A stretch of 39,093 nt of DNA from Dimargaris cristalligena (Eukaryota), in NCBI GenBank assembly GCA_003614675.1, contig ML002355.1, positions 1 through 39,093 of the forward strand. Direction: 5' to 3'. Under the pieces are notes generated by a model. That model searched no databases, was not told the DNA's origin, and was given only the letters and a program-made list of their open reading frames with translations. Position numbers and translations under genes: made by a program. Shown here one piece after another: positions 1 to 12,899 of the stretch. Numbering within the stretch: position 1 is the first letter of the stretch; every line of letters starts with the position of its first letter.

Positions 1-2983
1 CTCAACGGCCCCGCTTAAAATCGTAGTCGTATATTGTTCTTTAATCCGAAAAAAAAATATGCTATACCATGTCTAGGGGTTTGGTTGGCAGGATACCATA
101 AAAAGACGTCTGTACAATATTTGAGCCTTAATTCGTTTAATATGGACATTGTATGAACTTAATGGGACGGGTATATATTGATGGTTACTCTACTAAGTGA
201 ATGGCTAATACTGGACGCTGTGACACCAAATATAAATATTTTTGGTGTCATTGAACCATAGAGAAGGGGCTTAAAGAAAGGGGATTAGATGGATACAATA
301 CCCGCGAAATCTAAAGTAATAGGGGACTACACATCCCCAAATGGTGATATATAATAATATTGGGGCGGGGGTCCAAGACCCATTTCGCCTAATTATTAGC
401 CCAGGATTATATTGATATCCGGTTCACCCCAAGAACAGGCAGGGTATTCGATAATTTTTTATAATATACTCTATGGCTGGTTGGCGGTTTATAATGGAAG
501 ACCTGCCTTACCACAGAGCTTGCTCTAGACCCGTCCTGTTGTTTTGAAAAAATAATGGACTTTGATGATAAAAATAGGCCCCGGTAGCCAAATAAGGGGG
601 GGGGTCTGATACGGTACTAAATGCCACCCCCCCTTCCCACTCAAGGGTCAATCCGACCGACTAGGGCTTGCCGTTCTTGTTAAAAGAGGAATACCCTATA
701 GGGTGAACTGTAGGTTAGTGTTGGCCAAAAACTATACGGAAAGGTGGAGGTCGGTAAATTCGATTAAAGAAGGGTCCGAGGAAGAACACAGACTCTAGCC
801 ATGAATTCCTGGTTCAAAGGCTGCGATACTAATTAATACTGACGGCCAAGAGAGCTCTTCCCACTGGACATTGCTATTGGGCCTTGTGTAATACATTAGT
901 GTTGAAAGTCCGCTGGTCACAACCAGTGGCATTACTATTACAATATAATATACCCATAGCCATAGGTACTTCACCGTTAGAATTATGACCACTGGTATTA
1001 AGAAGTTCCTTATATTAACCACCCGCTTAATTTATCGAAACCTGGTCCTAATATTGTATACTCTAATTCCCATTTTCGAGTGTATCAGTCAGTAATGACA
1101 CCCTTCGTGTACCGAACATTCCCTCTATGTCGTCGCGTACAACTATTACATCCGCTGTGGCATTAGTTCGATTCAGACCACCCCTTCAAGTCTCAGAGCA
1201 CCTTCTTTCGAATGTAGGCAAAGTAACCCTTACATGCCAACCTCCGGGACACTGCTGCCACCATACCTCGAGAAGGTATTTTGCAGTAAGGTACCTGGAA
1301 TGGCCTTACCGTGTCCTTTGGCCTCGCGCCAACCACTTAAGCTATGCCCACAACCCGGTCTGTCCAAATAAGGCTGTTTTTTTTTCAAGTTTATCGGATA
1401 CCAGTTCTAATATACCACCTTGTTTGGAATATCACACTGGAAAAACTCATTCACCGCGGATGGCTAATTGGCTAGTCACTATAGTCCCGATATTTTATAG
1501 CCAGATATTGGGGCGTAACTTGTTTGACCTGTGGCGGTAGATTCTGGGGATAACTCGGGAGGTCAATGAATTGACTCCACCGTCGATATCTCCTTCGCCC
1601 TACTAATACGCGGGTCACCCCAATAGGAATTACTCGGCAATTAAAAACTAATTACAAAGCCTCCGAAGTATTCGCCCGTCTCTCAATAATACTAATAAAA
1701 AAAACTTGAAGTTGGGGGGTTGACTGGGAACCCATCGACGCTAAATGATAATGAGCAAGGCTGCTGTGGGCCCAACAGCCACAGAGTGCCCAAGTTTCAC
1801 GTGAATAGCCAAGGTTCATTCTCTAAATTCTGACAATTTGGATGGGTGGTGCTGAAATCGTCTGGGCTTTGTTGGCCAGTCAAGGCTATGGTGGCTACAA
1901 GAAGGCGTATACCCTACAGGCATTAGATTAAGGATACATTATTTTCCGAGAAAGCATTTGGTAAGGGGCCTGGGCTCAATCATCCTGTCCAGTGCAGCAG
2001 GGAATAACGATGCTCCAATTAATAAGGCTGTTGACGGAGCCTCAGGTAATTTTAATGCCTGCATTGACGTTGAACACCTTTCGATAACTGTGCCAACGGG
2101 GCATTGATATTTAGTCTGGTTAATAACAATTTACATACTCCGACCAAGCCTAGGGAATTTACCTGAATAGTGTTATTCAGCTTCAAGGATAAGTAATCCA
2201 CAAGTAGTGCCTGTTTTCGGCCCAATCCTTGCCGAGGAGTCATTTAGCCCCTTACCCCGCGTAATTCAATTGTAGATCACCATGCTGACTATGCAGTTTA
2301 GTCTACATCAGCAACTAGTGAAATTCAGGAGTCGGCCCCTTGACTAGGCCTACTCATAAAATCCCGATATACCTATGTTTCATTTGGACATGTCAGCGCT
2401 AGTAACGAAGACCCATTAAACCGATAATTTCTCTGCTGAGGCAGTCGCTACTCTTTTCATTCCTATATATCTTTCATTTGAAAGGCGCCCCGGTGGGGAG
2501 GGGAGAATTAGCCGTATTTTTTATAATGACAGAGTAACAACCAACCCCTACCTCGAGGTTTGAGAGCATAATAGTTTATGGAAGCCCAAATTATGACGTT
2601 TGAAATTGGATTCAGTTGTTTGACGTCATAGGCAGTACCCAACAAGTAGATGCAATCCAGCCTGTCGGTAACTTTTATATGGTTAAGGCAATTTCTTGAT
2701 TACGATGGTAAATGGATAGTTTATTAGTACAGTAATTTATAATGTGTGTAGGGGGTGTGATGAACCTTTTACAAGCATAGTATTAGGTGACAAAGTTGCT
2801 AAACATAAAAGAAGAGCGCGAACTAAAAAAGGGAGGGAGGGGTGAGGGGGTGATATGACATCAATAATAAGTCAGTTGGCCAACCCCCTTGGGATTTAAA
2901 TATAGAAAATCCCTTTATCTTGTCCAATACCCCACTCTTTTCATGACATGACGACAAGAGCGGGGGGGGCATAATTATTTTTA

Positions 2984-3352
2984 TTACATGGCGTAGGCAG
3001 CCAGACCAACGGCGGATAAAGCCAGTGCCGAACCAAATAGGAGCTGGGGCTGTTGAGTGGAGGGGGAACCCGCGTTCACCACATCATCAATGTCACTAGC
3101 AACGTTCGTGGCAGCCCCCACCGCTCCGGAAGCGAGCTGGGTGGCGGCGTTGTGGGCCCCGCTGGCTACGTTGGTGGCTACTCCGACGGCGCCCGAAGCG
3201 ATTTTGGTAGCAACTCCTACAGCCCCAGAGGCCACGTCGTTGGCAACCTCGGTAATATCGGCGATGGCGTCGTTGACGGCCGAACCGATATCGACGGCAC
3301 CCACACTAACGAGAGCGGTGAAGGCAAGGATCAGGACTTGGGTGGTCTTCAT
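2984..3352 (-). CDS. Small secreted, probably GPI-anchored cell-surface protein (122 aa) with four 11-aa Ala/Gly/Val-rich repeats
   Basis: Intronless ATG..TAA ORF. N-terminal signal-peptide pattern (MKTTQVLILAFTALVSVGA), repeats VASGAVGVATK/IASGAVGVATN/VASGAHNAATQ/LASGAVGAATN, small-residue omega-like site (NAGS, aa 93-96), polar spacer and hydrophobic C-terminus (LLFGSALALSAVGLAAYAM). GC-rich coding-like composition against AT-richer flanks; upstream TATA box. Confidence 0.85.
   Translation of the reverse strand: MKTTQVLILAFTALVSVGAVDIGSAVNDAIADITEVANDVASGAVGVATKIASGAVGVATNVASGAHNAATQLASGAVGAATNVASDIDDVVNAGSPSTQQPQLLFGSALALSAVGLAAYAM
3104..3235 (-). repeat. Coding tandem repeat, 4 x 33 nt (11 aa)
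   Basis: aa 40-83 of the 122-aa ORF; the x-A-S-G-A...A-T frame recurs every 11 residues. Confidence 0.85.
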
Positions 3353-3587
3353 GGTAGCAGATGAAAAAATTGGGAGAGACGGGGGAAGTGGGCAGATAGG
3401 TAGGAAAGTGGAGGTGATGACACTACGGGTATAGTAAAGTATAGAGACCTGAAGTTTGTGAGAGAAGTGTACCGAGCGAGTGGGTGGAGAATTGAGTTGG
3501 CTAATTAGTGAGTGGGTGAGTGGGCAAGGAGGAGAGGGGGAAATATGAATTGGTAATGAACAAATTGGAAGAGCGGCCTCAGGAATA

Positions 3588-3593
3588 TTTATA
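3588..3593 (-). promoter_or_regulatory. Putative TATA box of the GPI-like gene
   Basis: TATAAA on the minus strand about 235 nt upstream of the ATG at 3352, followed by a pyrimidine-rich leader. Confidence 0.5.
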
Positions 3594-5506
3594 TGAGCGA
3601 ACTATCTCACCTCCACTGCTGTGCTGATTGTGTGATGAAGGGAAATGGACTCTGACCAAGCCCCAAAAGGTTTCTAAGTATGCCATAACTACAAAGAGGG
3701 CAGCGTAAGTCATGGAGAATTGGGATTATCGCCCATATAGAACTACTGTACAATCGGCGGACCAATCACTATGACCGCGGTATTGGCTGCACAGAATCAC
3801 TCCCCTTTCTACCAATTGGGTGTCGCCTCTCTCTCCCTTATGGCCAACCAGTCCAATTATGCAATAGGCAAAAAGCCATACCCTCCCCCCTCCTCTCTCC
3901 ACAACAACCACCACCACCCCCGCTCACACACACGCACACTTCTTTCCTCATGCTTGGCTAATTGTGTGTGAGAATGACTGGCCTTTTCCGGAAATTACAT
4001 CTGACCACGATTGCCGGCCCAGTACTTCTATTAGCTGTTCTTTTATTTAGGCCCATTGTTCCTTAGAAATTCCGCTGCGGCTTAAACCAGCTAGTATCCG
4101 AATTGGGTGCCATATGAACACCAAGCAGGCCATTGACAAACACCCCAGTTGGGTTCAGTTGAGTTATTTACATACTGTACATTAATTTTTTCAGAAAATT
4201 GACGAACGAGTCCAAAAAACTGCAAATGGGGTGAGTGATCTTAATCAGTCCAACGCCTCATTAATTGGTGATGTATGGCTAACTCCGGCCATGCGGACAT
4301 TGTGTTGCCCTTGACCCCCCCTCCACCTCCCACACACTCACAATCACATCCACATTGACAACATAAACCGAAAACCATAAAAGGTACGTATTGTACAACT
4401 CACTCGTTCCCATACTCACAGAAGAAAGAATCCGGGAGGCAAGGTTTAAAGGGATTGGCAGTCCCTTGGCTACTCAGGTCTACGGCTGAAAAGTTATCTA
4501 GAATGAACCTATACGCCAAGGATTTAGTTAGACGATCGGTGTCGACTTTATTTTTCGTTTTCTGTATAGGCGGACTTGGCACAATGCCGGAACAATAAGC
4601 GGCATTGTTGGTTGGCCCAATACATGGTTTTGAATCCCCAACTGTGGATGGCCTATTGTTCACCTGGCCCCTGGCAACATACAGCCATGGGGGTGGAGGA
4701 GGAAAGGGAGAGAAACAAATGTCCCTGCCTAATAGAACGGTGGGCTCAACGGGTTCCACAGTCGAAAGCCCGAATATCAAATGGAATAAGTGGATATATA
4801 TCCCTGTTCGGCACAGATTAGGCCGAACTAAGCAGGAGTCTAAGGAATTTGCCTGAGTATTATACTGTTGATAATGCCGATACCCTAATGAACATGGGCT
4901 AAACATTGGTCTATTGTTTAAATTGTTAATGACCCCCCAATTCTTCAATAGGACACCCTGGTAAACAACTGAATTGTCGGATAATTATATAATCTGAACC
5001 TGGACAATGCAAGGCATCGGTCATTATATATTTATATGATCTATCTATAGTTTCCATATTTTGGCGGCCACGCCACCATTGTGCAAAGGTTAAGGGACAA
5101 AACACTGGTGATAGTTATGGTATGTCTGGTGGATAGTAGCTGTATTGGTGAGGGAGGGGGCTTCGGATCATGAATAAGGTTTGGTAGATCCATACTTACT
5201 ACCAATATAGTGTAGGTGCCCTTATAACAGCAATTTATGATATGTATATATAATAAAAAGACAAAAGACGCCTTGGAATAGCGACTTGTATAGGCTGTAG
5301 GGTAGCAAAGTAGAGGCGGCAAGAAGCGAAGTAAAGGTGCTGACTATTGTGGGGGCATTTTTGAGGGAAATTGATGAAATAATGTTTCCAAGGAATCGAA
5401 ATTGGCTCACTTACACTACCCTTTACCGCACTCCCATTCTCCCCCCCCCCACACTCTCTTTCTCTTCCCCTAACTCGCCACACCCTCCTCCTATGCGACT
5501 CGTTGA

Positions 5507-8500
5507 TTAGCACGAAGCAAAAAGTTCAGGGGGCTGAAGCTCCCCCGCGGTAATTCGGCGAATAGTGGTCAGGAGGTCGTAGTTAATTTCGGGAGAAATC
5601 ACCGAGTCCTGCTTGTAGCTGGGGTGGTTACGCACGAACTGACGGATCCACGTGGCATTGGTCATGAGCTCACCTATCCGTTCCGAAAATTAAACCACAC
5701 CAAGGGCAAAGAGTATACGGGGGGAGGTGTGTGCCGCGCGATCCGGAAATAGCCAAGCATTAAGAGGTTGAATTAATCATGGATACAGTAACGAACAGTA
5801 ATGCGCATACGAATTATACAATACCACCACTGCGCCTCCGGTCATTTGGTGCTATTTTTAACCACCGAGCTTTGGTGCAAAACCAATATCAATGTAGTAG
5901 GAAATGAACAAGGCCCCAAGGAGAATGGGAGGAGCCACTAGGCTAGTTTATAAAGCAGCATGTTTTTACTTACCATTGGCTCGCTTACTAACGAGATTCA
6001 AGTACTGGTTGATCCGGCAATGCGTTTCCACATTAATGTTGAGTGAATCCAAATAGGAATTGATAACGGGAATCAACCCCACGAATCCACCCTCCTAAAT
6101 AGCATGCCACGGGTTAGCCATATCCAGATGCATTGAAATAGAGGAACCATAAATAAACAGACATATCCACCGCAAATTAATTATCCAATCTAGATATACA
6201 TATATAATGATACAAGTCATACTGCAGCCCAGATACCAACGATTTAAAACAGTGATTTACCTGGCCGTTGATAATTTCGTCAATAGTCATCAGTTCGTAT
6301 TCGTCGTCAACCGACTCCGCAGTGAGCGGCTCCGCCGGTTCGGGAAGACCAGCAATATCGCACTTATCCGTATAAATATTCTTACGGAAATAGAACTTCT
6401 CGTCCAGGACCGCTCGGGGTCGGTGGGCGACGTCAATATTGGTGTCCATCTAACCAGTGTATATCACCAGTAGGATACAAAATACCAAACCCCGAATTAA
6501 CACACGATGCGCGACAAAGTCATCCAAAAAAATAACAAATACATGAATAATACAAGCCATATTACGGGTCGGGAATTCCCAAAAAAAGTTCTAAAGCCGG
6601 GCACCAGCACTTACTTTGGTGATGGGGATGTAGAAATTCAAATCGTAGCTCAACAGGGCCCGGGTCAACAGGACGATAAAAACGGTGAAGGCGGCGTTCT
6701 CAAAGTCAGTGAACTGGATTTCCATGGTGCGAAACTCGACCCGCCAACCTATCGGTGAATTCGGTGGGGGTGGCTTGAAACGGGTAGATTGCCAATTGGT
6801 GGATTGAAGGTTCTGTAGATGGATGGAAATATATGAAAGGGCGTTGGGATACCGACATAAACATGTTTTACACCCATTAAAAGCAGAGTGTTAGAAAAAG
6901 ATCATGAATGGCAAATGGACAATCAAGTATGTAGGGGGAATACTTTACGAGAAAATGAGGGACACATTAGTAAAAATATGGGTTTAAAGGGCATGTGTAT
7001 TTAACAGGCCTTAGTTCCGCACATGAGCCGATTATTCCGCAACACGGCCCCAAACTCACCTCGAAATGGTCCGACGACGACTCATTATCGACATTAAGCA
7101 ATTCTTTAAATATCACCAGCGGATCGCGAATAAACAAGTGGGCCAAGTGCTTAGCCAATAGATCGTCGATACCTTGAAACATATGAAGAGACATACATAA
7201 TCCACCGTAGACAAATACCTCGATTAGAACCAGTTAGGAAGAATTGCACGTACCGTTTAGCTTGTGATAGAATCGATCATATCGTACAATACTTGGGAGA
7301 GAGGGGGGAGTGGGAACCCCACAAATTATATAGCCAATCAAGAATACTTACCACCTTCCACCAGACGTTGGTAAATCGCCGGGTCGTACACTAGGTCCAG
7401 ATCATTATACTGGGGTTTAAATAGCCCGTCCGACGAGCCCAAATAGCTATCGATTGAGTCATAACGCGACTTATTGATGCGGAATCGGTTTTCTTGCAGG
7501 GGTTTCAAGCCGCGTTCTTCGTCAGTTCGGTCATCCACGGCCTGGGAAATGACTTTCCAGCGGCAATCGACGTTCGCCAAGTAGCCGCGGAATAAGGGGG
7601 TGGCCGCTGTGAGCGCCAGCATGATTGAGCTGACTGGGGCCAGGTGGTCATAAAGTCGGCGGGCTTCGTCAACGTTGCAGGCCTGGAAGGTGATTTGGAG
7701 GCAACAGCAGCCCATACCGAACCCCATGGCGTCCATGTAGATGTGGTCCACTTGGGCGTCGGAGGCGTCGTATTCGGGGAAACGCAGGTTGGTCCGGGGG
7801 ATGGTGGGATCCACGAACGGCCGCGGAGTGTGCGTGTCGTGGAAAATCGGCATATTGATGGCCACCTTTGACCCCCGGCGGCGACGGATATTGGCGGTCA
7901 GGGTGGGGAATCGGGCGTGGGGATTGATAACCTGGTCTGGGAGAAAGAGACTCTTAGACGCGGGGTCGTCGGGGGTGTTGTGACCATCCACGGAATCGGG
8001 GGTGCCTAGTAGGGGGAAATTAGTGATGGTCATGGGCACTTCGTTCGGTTTGCACTGTTCGATGGCCAGTCGGCGTCTAGCACAAAGGTGGGGGGTATAG
8101 TGGTGGATAAACCAAAGTCAGTACTGTTATGTAGCTTATCGAGGCGCCTAATAATTATAAATAGAACTGCAGACTAACAGAAACTAAATAGCGAAGACTC
8201 GGCAAGGACGAGATGTGTATATCTGTCCTCCTTTATTATGGCATGAACATATATATGGTATATTTATTCATACCTTAAGCGCATGTTAGGTTCAACCTTT
8301 AGGAGATCGGTGATTTTGGACCCGTACGGATTACCGGGAGTTGCTAGTGGAGTTGAATATGAGCGGCGATTACGGTTAAGTATAAATTAAGTGAAATTAC
8401 AATATATGTATATGTGGTCGGTAGGACAGTTCGGTCAACCCTAGCAGCGTAATGAATCAATAAAAACGAGCTTACCTTCTAGCATGAAGCGGCCGTACTC

Positions 8501-9332
8501 CGGGCGCCACAGACATTGGAGCTGAGCTCTAAATACGTTCAAAAGTCGGGGATATATGAAGAAGGTTAGTGGATAAATTGAGCGAGGCTCACCCCACTCC
8601 ATTAGGGGGTGAGGGAGGATATGTTTTTTTCGGCGTAAACAGCCAATCAGCTCGGATCAAACTTTACGAAATAAGTGTGGAATGCTGGGCAATGTGCCAT
8701 TATAAATCACGGTAGATGAACTAGTGCTCGAAAGACCAGCATAAGGGAGGTCAATGCACTTACTGTTTCTCGGGGGTATCGGCCTCCAACTCCGCTTTCT
8801 GAAGTACCTCCAGCATTTCAAAGACCCGGACGGATATGCGGGCCCGGTGGTACTCGTCGTCAAATGACACCACGACATATTCCACCTGTACAGCACCGAT
8901 TTAAAAAAGTCGATAAGGAGATCGTTTCAATTGCATACCCTCCCCAGCAAGGCAAATATTAACCGGGTGAGATTAGTTGGTATAATGTGAACGAAAGAGC
9001 GGCCTCGGTCACCCCAATAGAGAATTTGAAAGGAAGTTTTATGGGTGGACTCTAACTGAGGTATTAGATATTGGCGGAATCCCTAGGAGTGTTATCATTA
9101 CGCAACCCAGAACAGCAGTGGCTGGTAATATGACAGACTAGACAGACGGGAGCAGGGGAGGGGAGGGGACTGGGATTCTTACCTCTTCGCCCCAGAGCAG
9201 CGAGTCGTTTTCGCGGTCCTTGGCCTTATGGTAAATGCTCAGAAACTGGGATATGCCATTGCGACGGACATGGTCGGCATGCTGTTTGGCTTCGTCCCAG
9301 TGCAATGGAGTGCCTAGCGATAATAAGCCCAT
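5507..9332 (-). CDS. GSH1: Glutamate-cysteine ligase catalytic subunit (gamma-glutamylcysteine synthetase), 10 exons, 635 aa
   Basis: Exons 9332-9183, 8885-8764, 8528-8476, 8343-8274, 8076-7352, 7172-7060, 6812-6615, 6449-6261, 6094-5974, 5673-5507; all introns GT..AG; total 1908 nt in frame. Family motifs [93 protein letters not shown]. Confidence 0.97.
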
Positions 9333-10532
9333 GGTTGTTAGACTGAATGCCGTAGAGAAGGAGAGAGTAAGTACTAAGTGACAGGCTCAGTAAAGTGGGG
9401 AAATGGGCAACTGCTATAGTGCTAGAAAGATATAAGTGGCGCCTGGGAATAATGTGACAGGCAAATAACCCAACGGAACGTGAGAGCGAAAAACCTTGGG
9501 CCAACCAAAGGGAAGGAGGGTTGGTAAGCGGTGGCTCGAACAAGAGGTAAAGGGGAGCAGAAGCCCTTGGGGTAAGTGGGTGAAAGACGGGAATGAGGAA
9601 TAGGATAAGGGAGGTGAGGCACAGCTGTGCGAGGTAAAAGGGGAATAAGAGCAGGTGAAAAAGCACGGGACTGGGGGATACGGGCAAGGACGACAAGGAG
9701 CCCAGCAACTCTCAAACTACTTACTATTCGAACTAACCGGTGCGCCTAATCAAATAAATCACAAAAATAGAAGCGCCAATGCTAGCGGACAACGAAAGTG
9801 GGAGTTAACTATAGTAAAGATATTCAGGGGAGCCCCTCAGCATTAACTTGGTGGCAGTGGACGTGGTGGCCATCGACTCCATGATATATATAGATATATA
9901 TATCGCCAGGCAGGTCATATAGAAATCGAATGCAAGTTCATTAATAAGCAACCGCCTATCGCTAAAATCTCTGAAAACTGGCTGGGAAAAAGCGTCGCTC
10001 ACCCAGAACCAACCGATTCGATAATTAAAGGTCGAATGAAGTGGAGCCGCAACGGGGTTAATGAAACAGCTCAGATCCAAAAAGAGTGCGGTGCACCCTC
10101 TCTCACACGACAGGATTCCAAGCTCGTTCATTAAGATACGAAGCCTCCAAGTCCTGAATAAGTGGTACAGTGGATGGATATGTCTTCCAGTCTTTTATGA
10201 CACCATTAGGGTGGAAAATGGTGTACATTGAAATGCTAAAACAAATTTAGTAGCTGGATCGACGCTTTTCAAGGGGAAATCGATGAAATCACCATCGAAT
10301 AAGCCTCCTTTTACAATGGTTCACAATTATAATTTTATTAATCGCCCATAAGCGACCATAAAAAACACTTAAGGTAGCACAGATTCGCCCCTTCCCTTCA
10401 GTATTCCGAAACGACTAGCCGAAATGGATAGGGTCACTAAACTATAATGAACGCAGGACCCAAATAGTACTAGAAGATATGACAATGGTAGCATCTGCGC
10501 CTGTGGATCTGTGGATTAAAGGCCCCAAGCCT

Positions 10533-11631
10533 TTATAGGCAGCCTAGGAGCTTGAAGGAACCGTGGACGGTGATGAGGACCATACCCAGCAGGGAGGCGG
10601 CACCAAGCATGGCACCAACCTTGCGGCCGTCAGCGCCCTTGCTGGCGTAGCCACGAGCATAGAAGAACCGAGCAATCTACAATTACGTACAGGTAAAGTG
10701 GACCAAACAAAGTATAGTATAAACAAGGGTATTGCATTAAATGGATTAATAGAAAGTTAGAGAGGGTAGGGAAGTCATGCTAGACTAAGCCCGTTAGTAT
10801 GAGAAGTCCTGAATTACTTAAAAAGTAATTGATTGAATAGGAAGCAAGAGGGAGAAGCGAGGTGCACTTACAATGTAGGTCAGACCAAGAATGCCTGAAG
10901 CCTGGGGATTAAAGAGGCCCGACAGAAGCACAGAGGACTGGGCAAGGCTCACTTGCTCAACCTGGAGGAATCGACAAATGTAGATTCGGTGGGGAATGGA
11001 TAATGACAATGATTTAAACTAGGTTAGTACTGATATTGCGCCAATGGTCGACTATATATATATATATATATGTGGGAGAGGTTCATCCAAGCTGTATAAC
11101 GAAAAATCCATTAGATTCGGCCAATATTACTAGTTAAAAATAAATTTCCCATATATTCTCCCATACACATATAATGTAAACCCTTATATAGCTGGGCTGA
11201 ATTTCACCCATATGGATTGCCTAATTTGGAAATCCGTATTAATCAGGTGGGAGTGCCCAAGAATTTGGGATGATGTCTATAAACCACAACCAGGTCATTG
11301 GCAAACACAGCTTGGGAGATAAAATGATGTAGTCAAATATAACCATACCAACCGCCCTCCCAAACGGAGGGAGCAGTCCAGTTATGGGGCGTCCTATTTC
11401 TATACTTACATAGTTCTGGTGGCCACGCTGGATGTTGTTGAAGGTGGTCCAGTCTTCGTCGCTCAATTTGCTGGCGAAGCGACCTGAGCCCATGTCGGGG
11501 TAGGGCACGTTGAACTTAGTACGGGCCTTCATGATCGCGCCACCGGTGACATAGCATTGTACCCCAATGGTGATAGCGGCCAGGATGCTCCAGCCGAAAG
11601 CAGGGGCGATAACGAGAGCAGCGGGAGACAT
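10533..11631 (-). CDS. MGST3: MAPEG-family membrane protein, microsomal glutathione S-transferase 3-like, 3 exons, 151 aa
   Basis: Exons 11631-11410, 10961-10872, 10676-10533 (GT..AG, 456 nt in frame). Motifs ARTKFNVPYPDMGSGR, FNNIQRGHQNYVE, ARFFYARGY and about four hydrophobic segments, typical of MGST3/MAPEG proteins. Confidence 0.92.
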
Positions 11632-11790
11632 GTTGCGGGGCTGGGGAGTGGGGTGGAATGAGGAATGGGTACGCTATGGAAAGTGGACAGGGTAGTGGAA
11701 TAAGAGTGTGAGAGTATGGGTGAACGTGGAAGAGGAGAAGATAGTGGAGGGCTTTGCTTGGACTTAGTGAGGAGGCCGCGGACGCTGGGT

Positions 11791-11796
11791 TTTATA
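11791..11796 (-). promoter_or_regulatory. Putative TATA box of the MAPEG gene
   Basis: TATAAA(A) about 160 nt upstream of the ATG at 11631, followed by a CT-rich leader on the minus strand. Confidence 0.5.
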
Positions 11797-12116
11797 AAAT
11801 GCAGCATTATCTGGCATTGGCCTGCGCATACGCACCCCTCCCCTCATTCAGTCAGCCTTCTCTGGCCAGAAGCAGCCCAATGTTCTGGGCAATTCAAATC
11901 AAATCAATTCACACAGGCTGTGCCTGAAATATCGGACACCCACCAGCCCTCACGTTGGGCTAGATTTAGGCAGATTGGAGAATCTAGTAGTAAATTGGGG
12001 GTTACCATCATGGATATAATTTTAGTATTTTGGAAGTAGACGTAGCATTGCCAGAATGTAGCACACCCGTGCTGGACAGTGGGTATAAGGTCCACGCATA
12101 GCAGAGACACGTTGGC

Positions 12117-12379
12117 TGACTAATCCAAGGACCGCAGCGCAAGTAAGTCTTTTCAACCATTCGAATTGGCCTAATTAAGATGGATGGACCTGTCGATGCC
12201 CCTGACGTGTAGCTGTGGATGACTAAGCAGCCTGGCATCACTCTCCCTTTGGACTGGTGTTGACTTCCTGTTGGAGGCGTCGGCTTGCTGTGGGTCCTTA
12301 CTACGGAGAGAGGCCGCTCTCCCTCACCTGCTGATAGAGATTAGGCAGAAGTAGCAGTTGTTAGCGGGCCAGTTAGTCA
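12117..12379. promoter_or_regulatory. Cluster of three TGACTAA (AP-1/Yap1-type response element) sites
   Basis: TGACTAA at 12117-12123 (+), 12220-12226 (+) and 12373-12379 (-), 0.5-0.75 kb upstream of the MAPEG start codon. Confidence 0.35.
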
Positions 12380-12899
12380 GGCAAATACACATATGGGAGA
12401 GGACCTAGTATCCATAAGTCTGTTTAATGAGACTGGCCAGAAATTCAATTCTCGCCAATAGAGCAAAACCAGTCTTCCCTCTAACATTTCATGCTAAACC
12501 CTTTGATACAATAGTGCTGGATTTCACCAAATAATGGAAGTTGCACTATTGTTTTATACTAAGTGACCGGCCCCATCCCCCCAGCCCATATAAAATCCCA
12601 CATATCAAGAGGTCTATTCTGTTGGCTGTGGGGTGCTATTATTGCCTTTTTCCCTCATTAAATCCCATCGAATATTTTACTTTAGCAGGAAATTTACCCA
12701 CCGCAGAATATAGAGGGAGCTAAAGCCACAAAACTCCCCACCTATTTAATACACCTATATCCACGCTTCAGCTCCTAAAAAAATCTTTTTACAGAATTCA
12801 GAGAATGCTGGATAAAAATTTTATACCCCAAGGAGAGTTGGAAATGGCATGAACGCTCTGTTTTGGTATATAGCGGTTGACCAACTACGCCTAGTATAC

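Noticed and set aside
795..2243. Short ORFs at the window start (75, 137, 63 aa)
   Set aside because: No recognisable domains and no consistent exon chain; cannot be supported as genes or transposon remnants.
3053..3434. Two plus-strand ORFs (103 and 125 aa)
   Set aside because: Antisense shadows of the repeat-containing secreted protein gene.
4400..4948. 182-aa minus-strand ORF
   Set aside because: Non-ATG start, no recognisable motif, composition like intergenic DNA.
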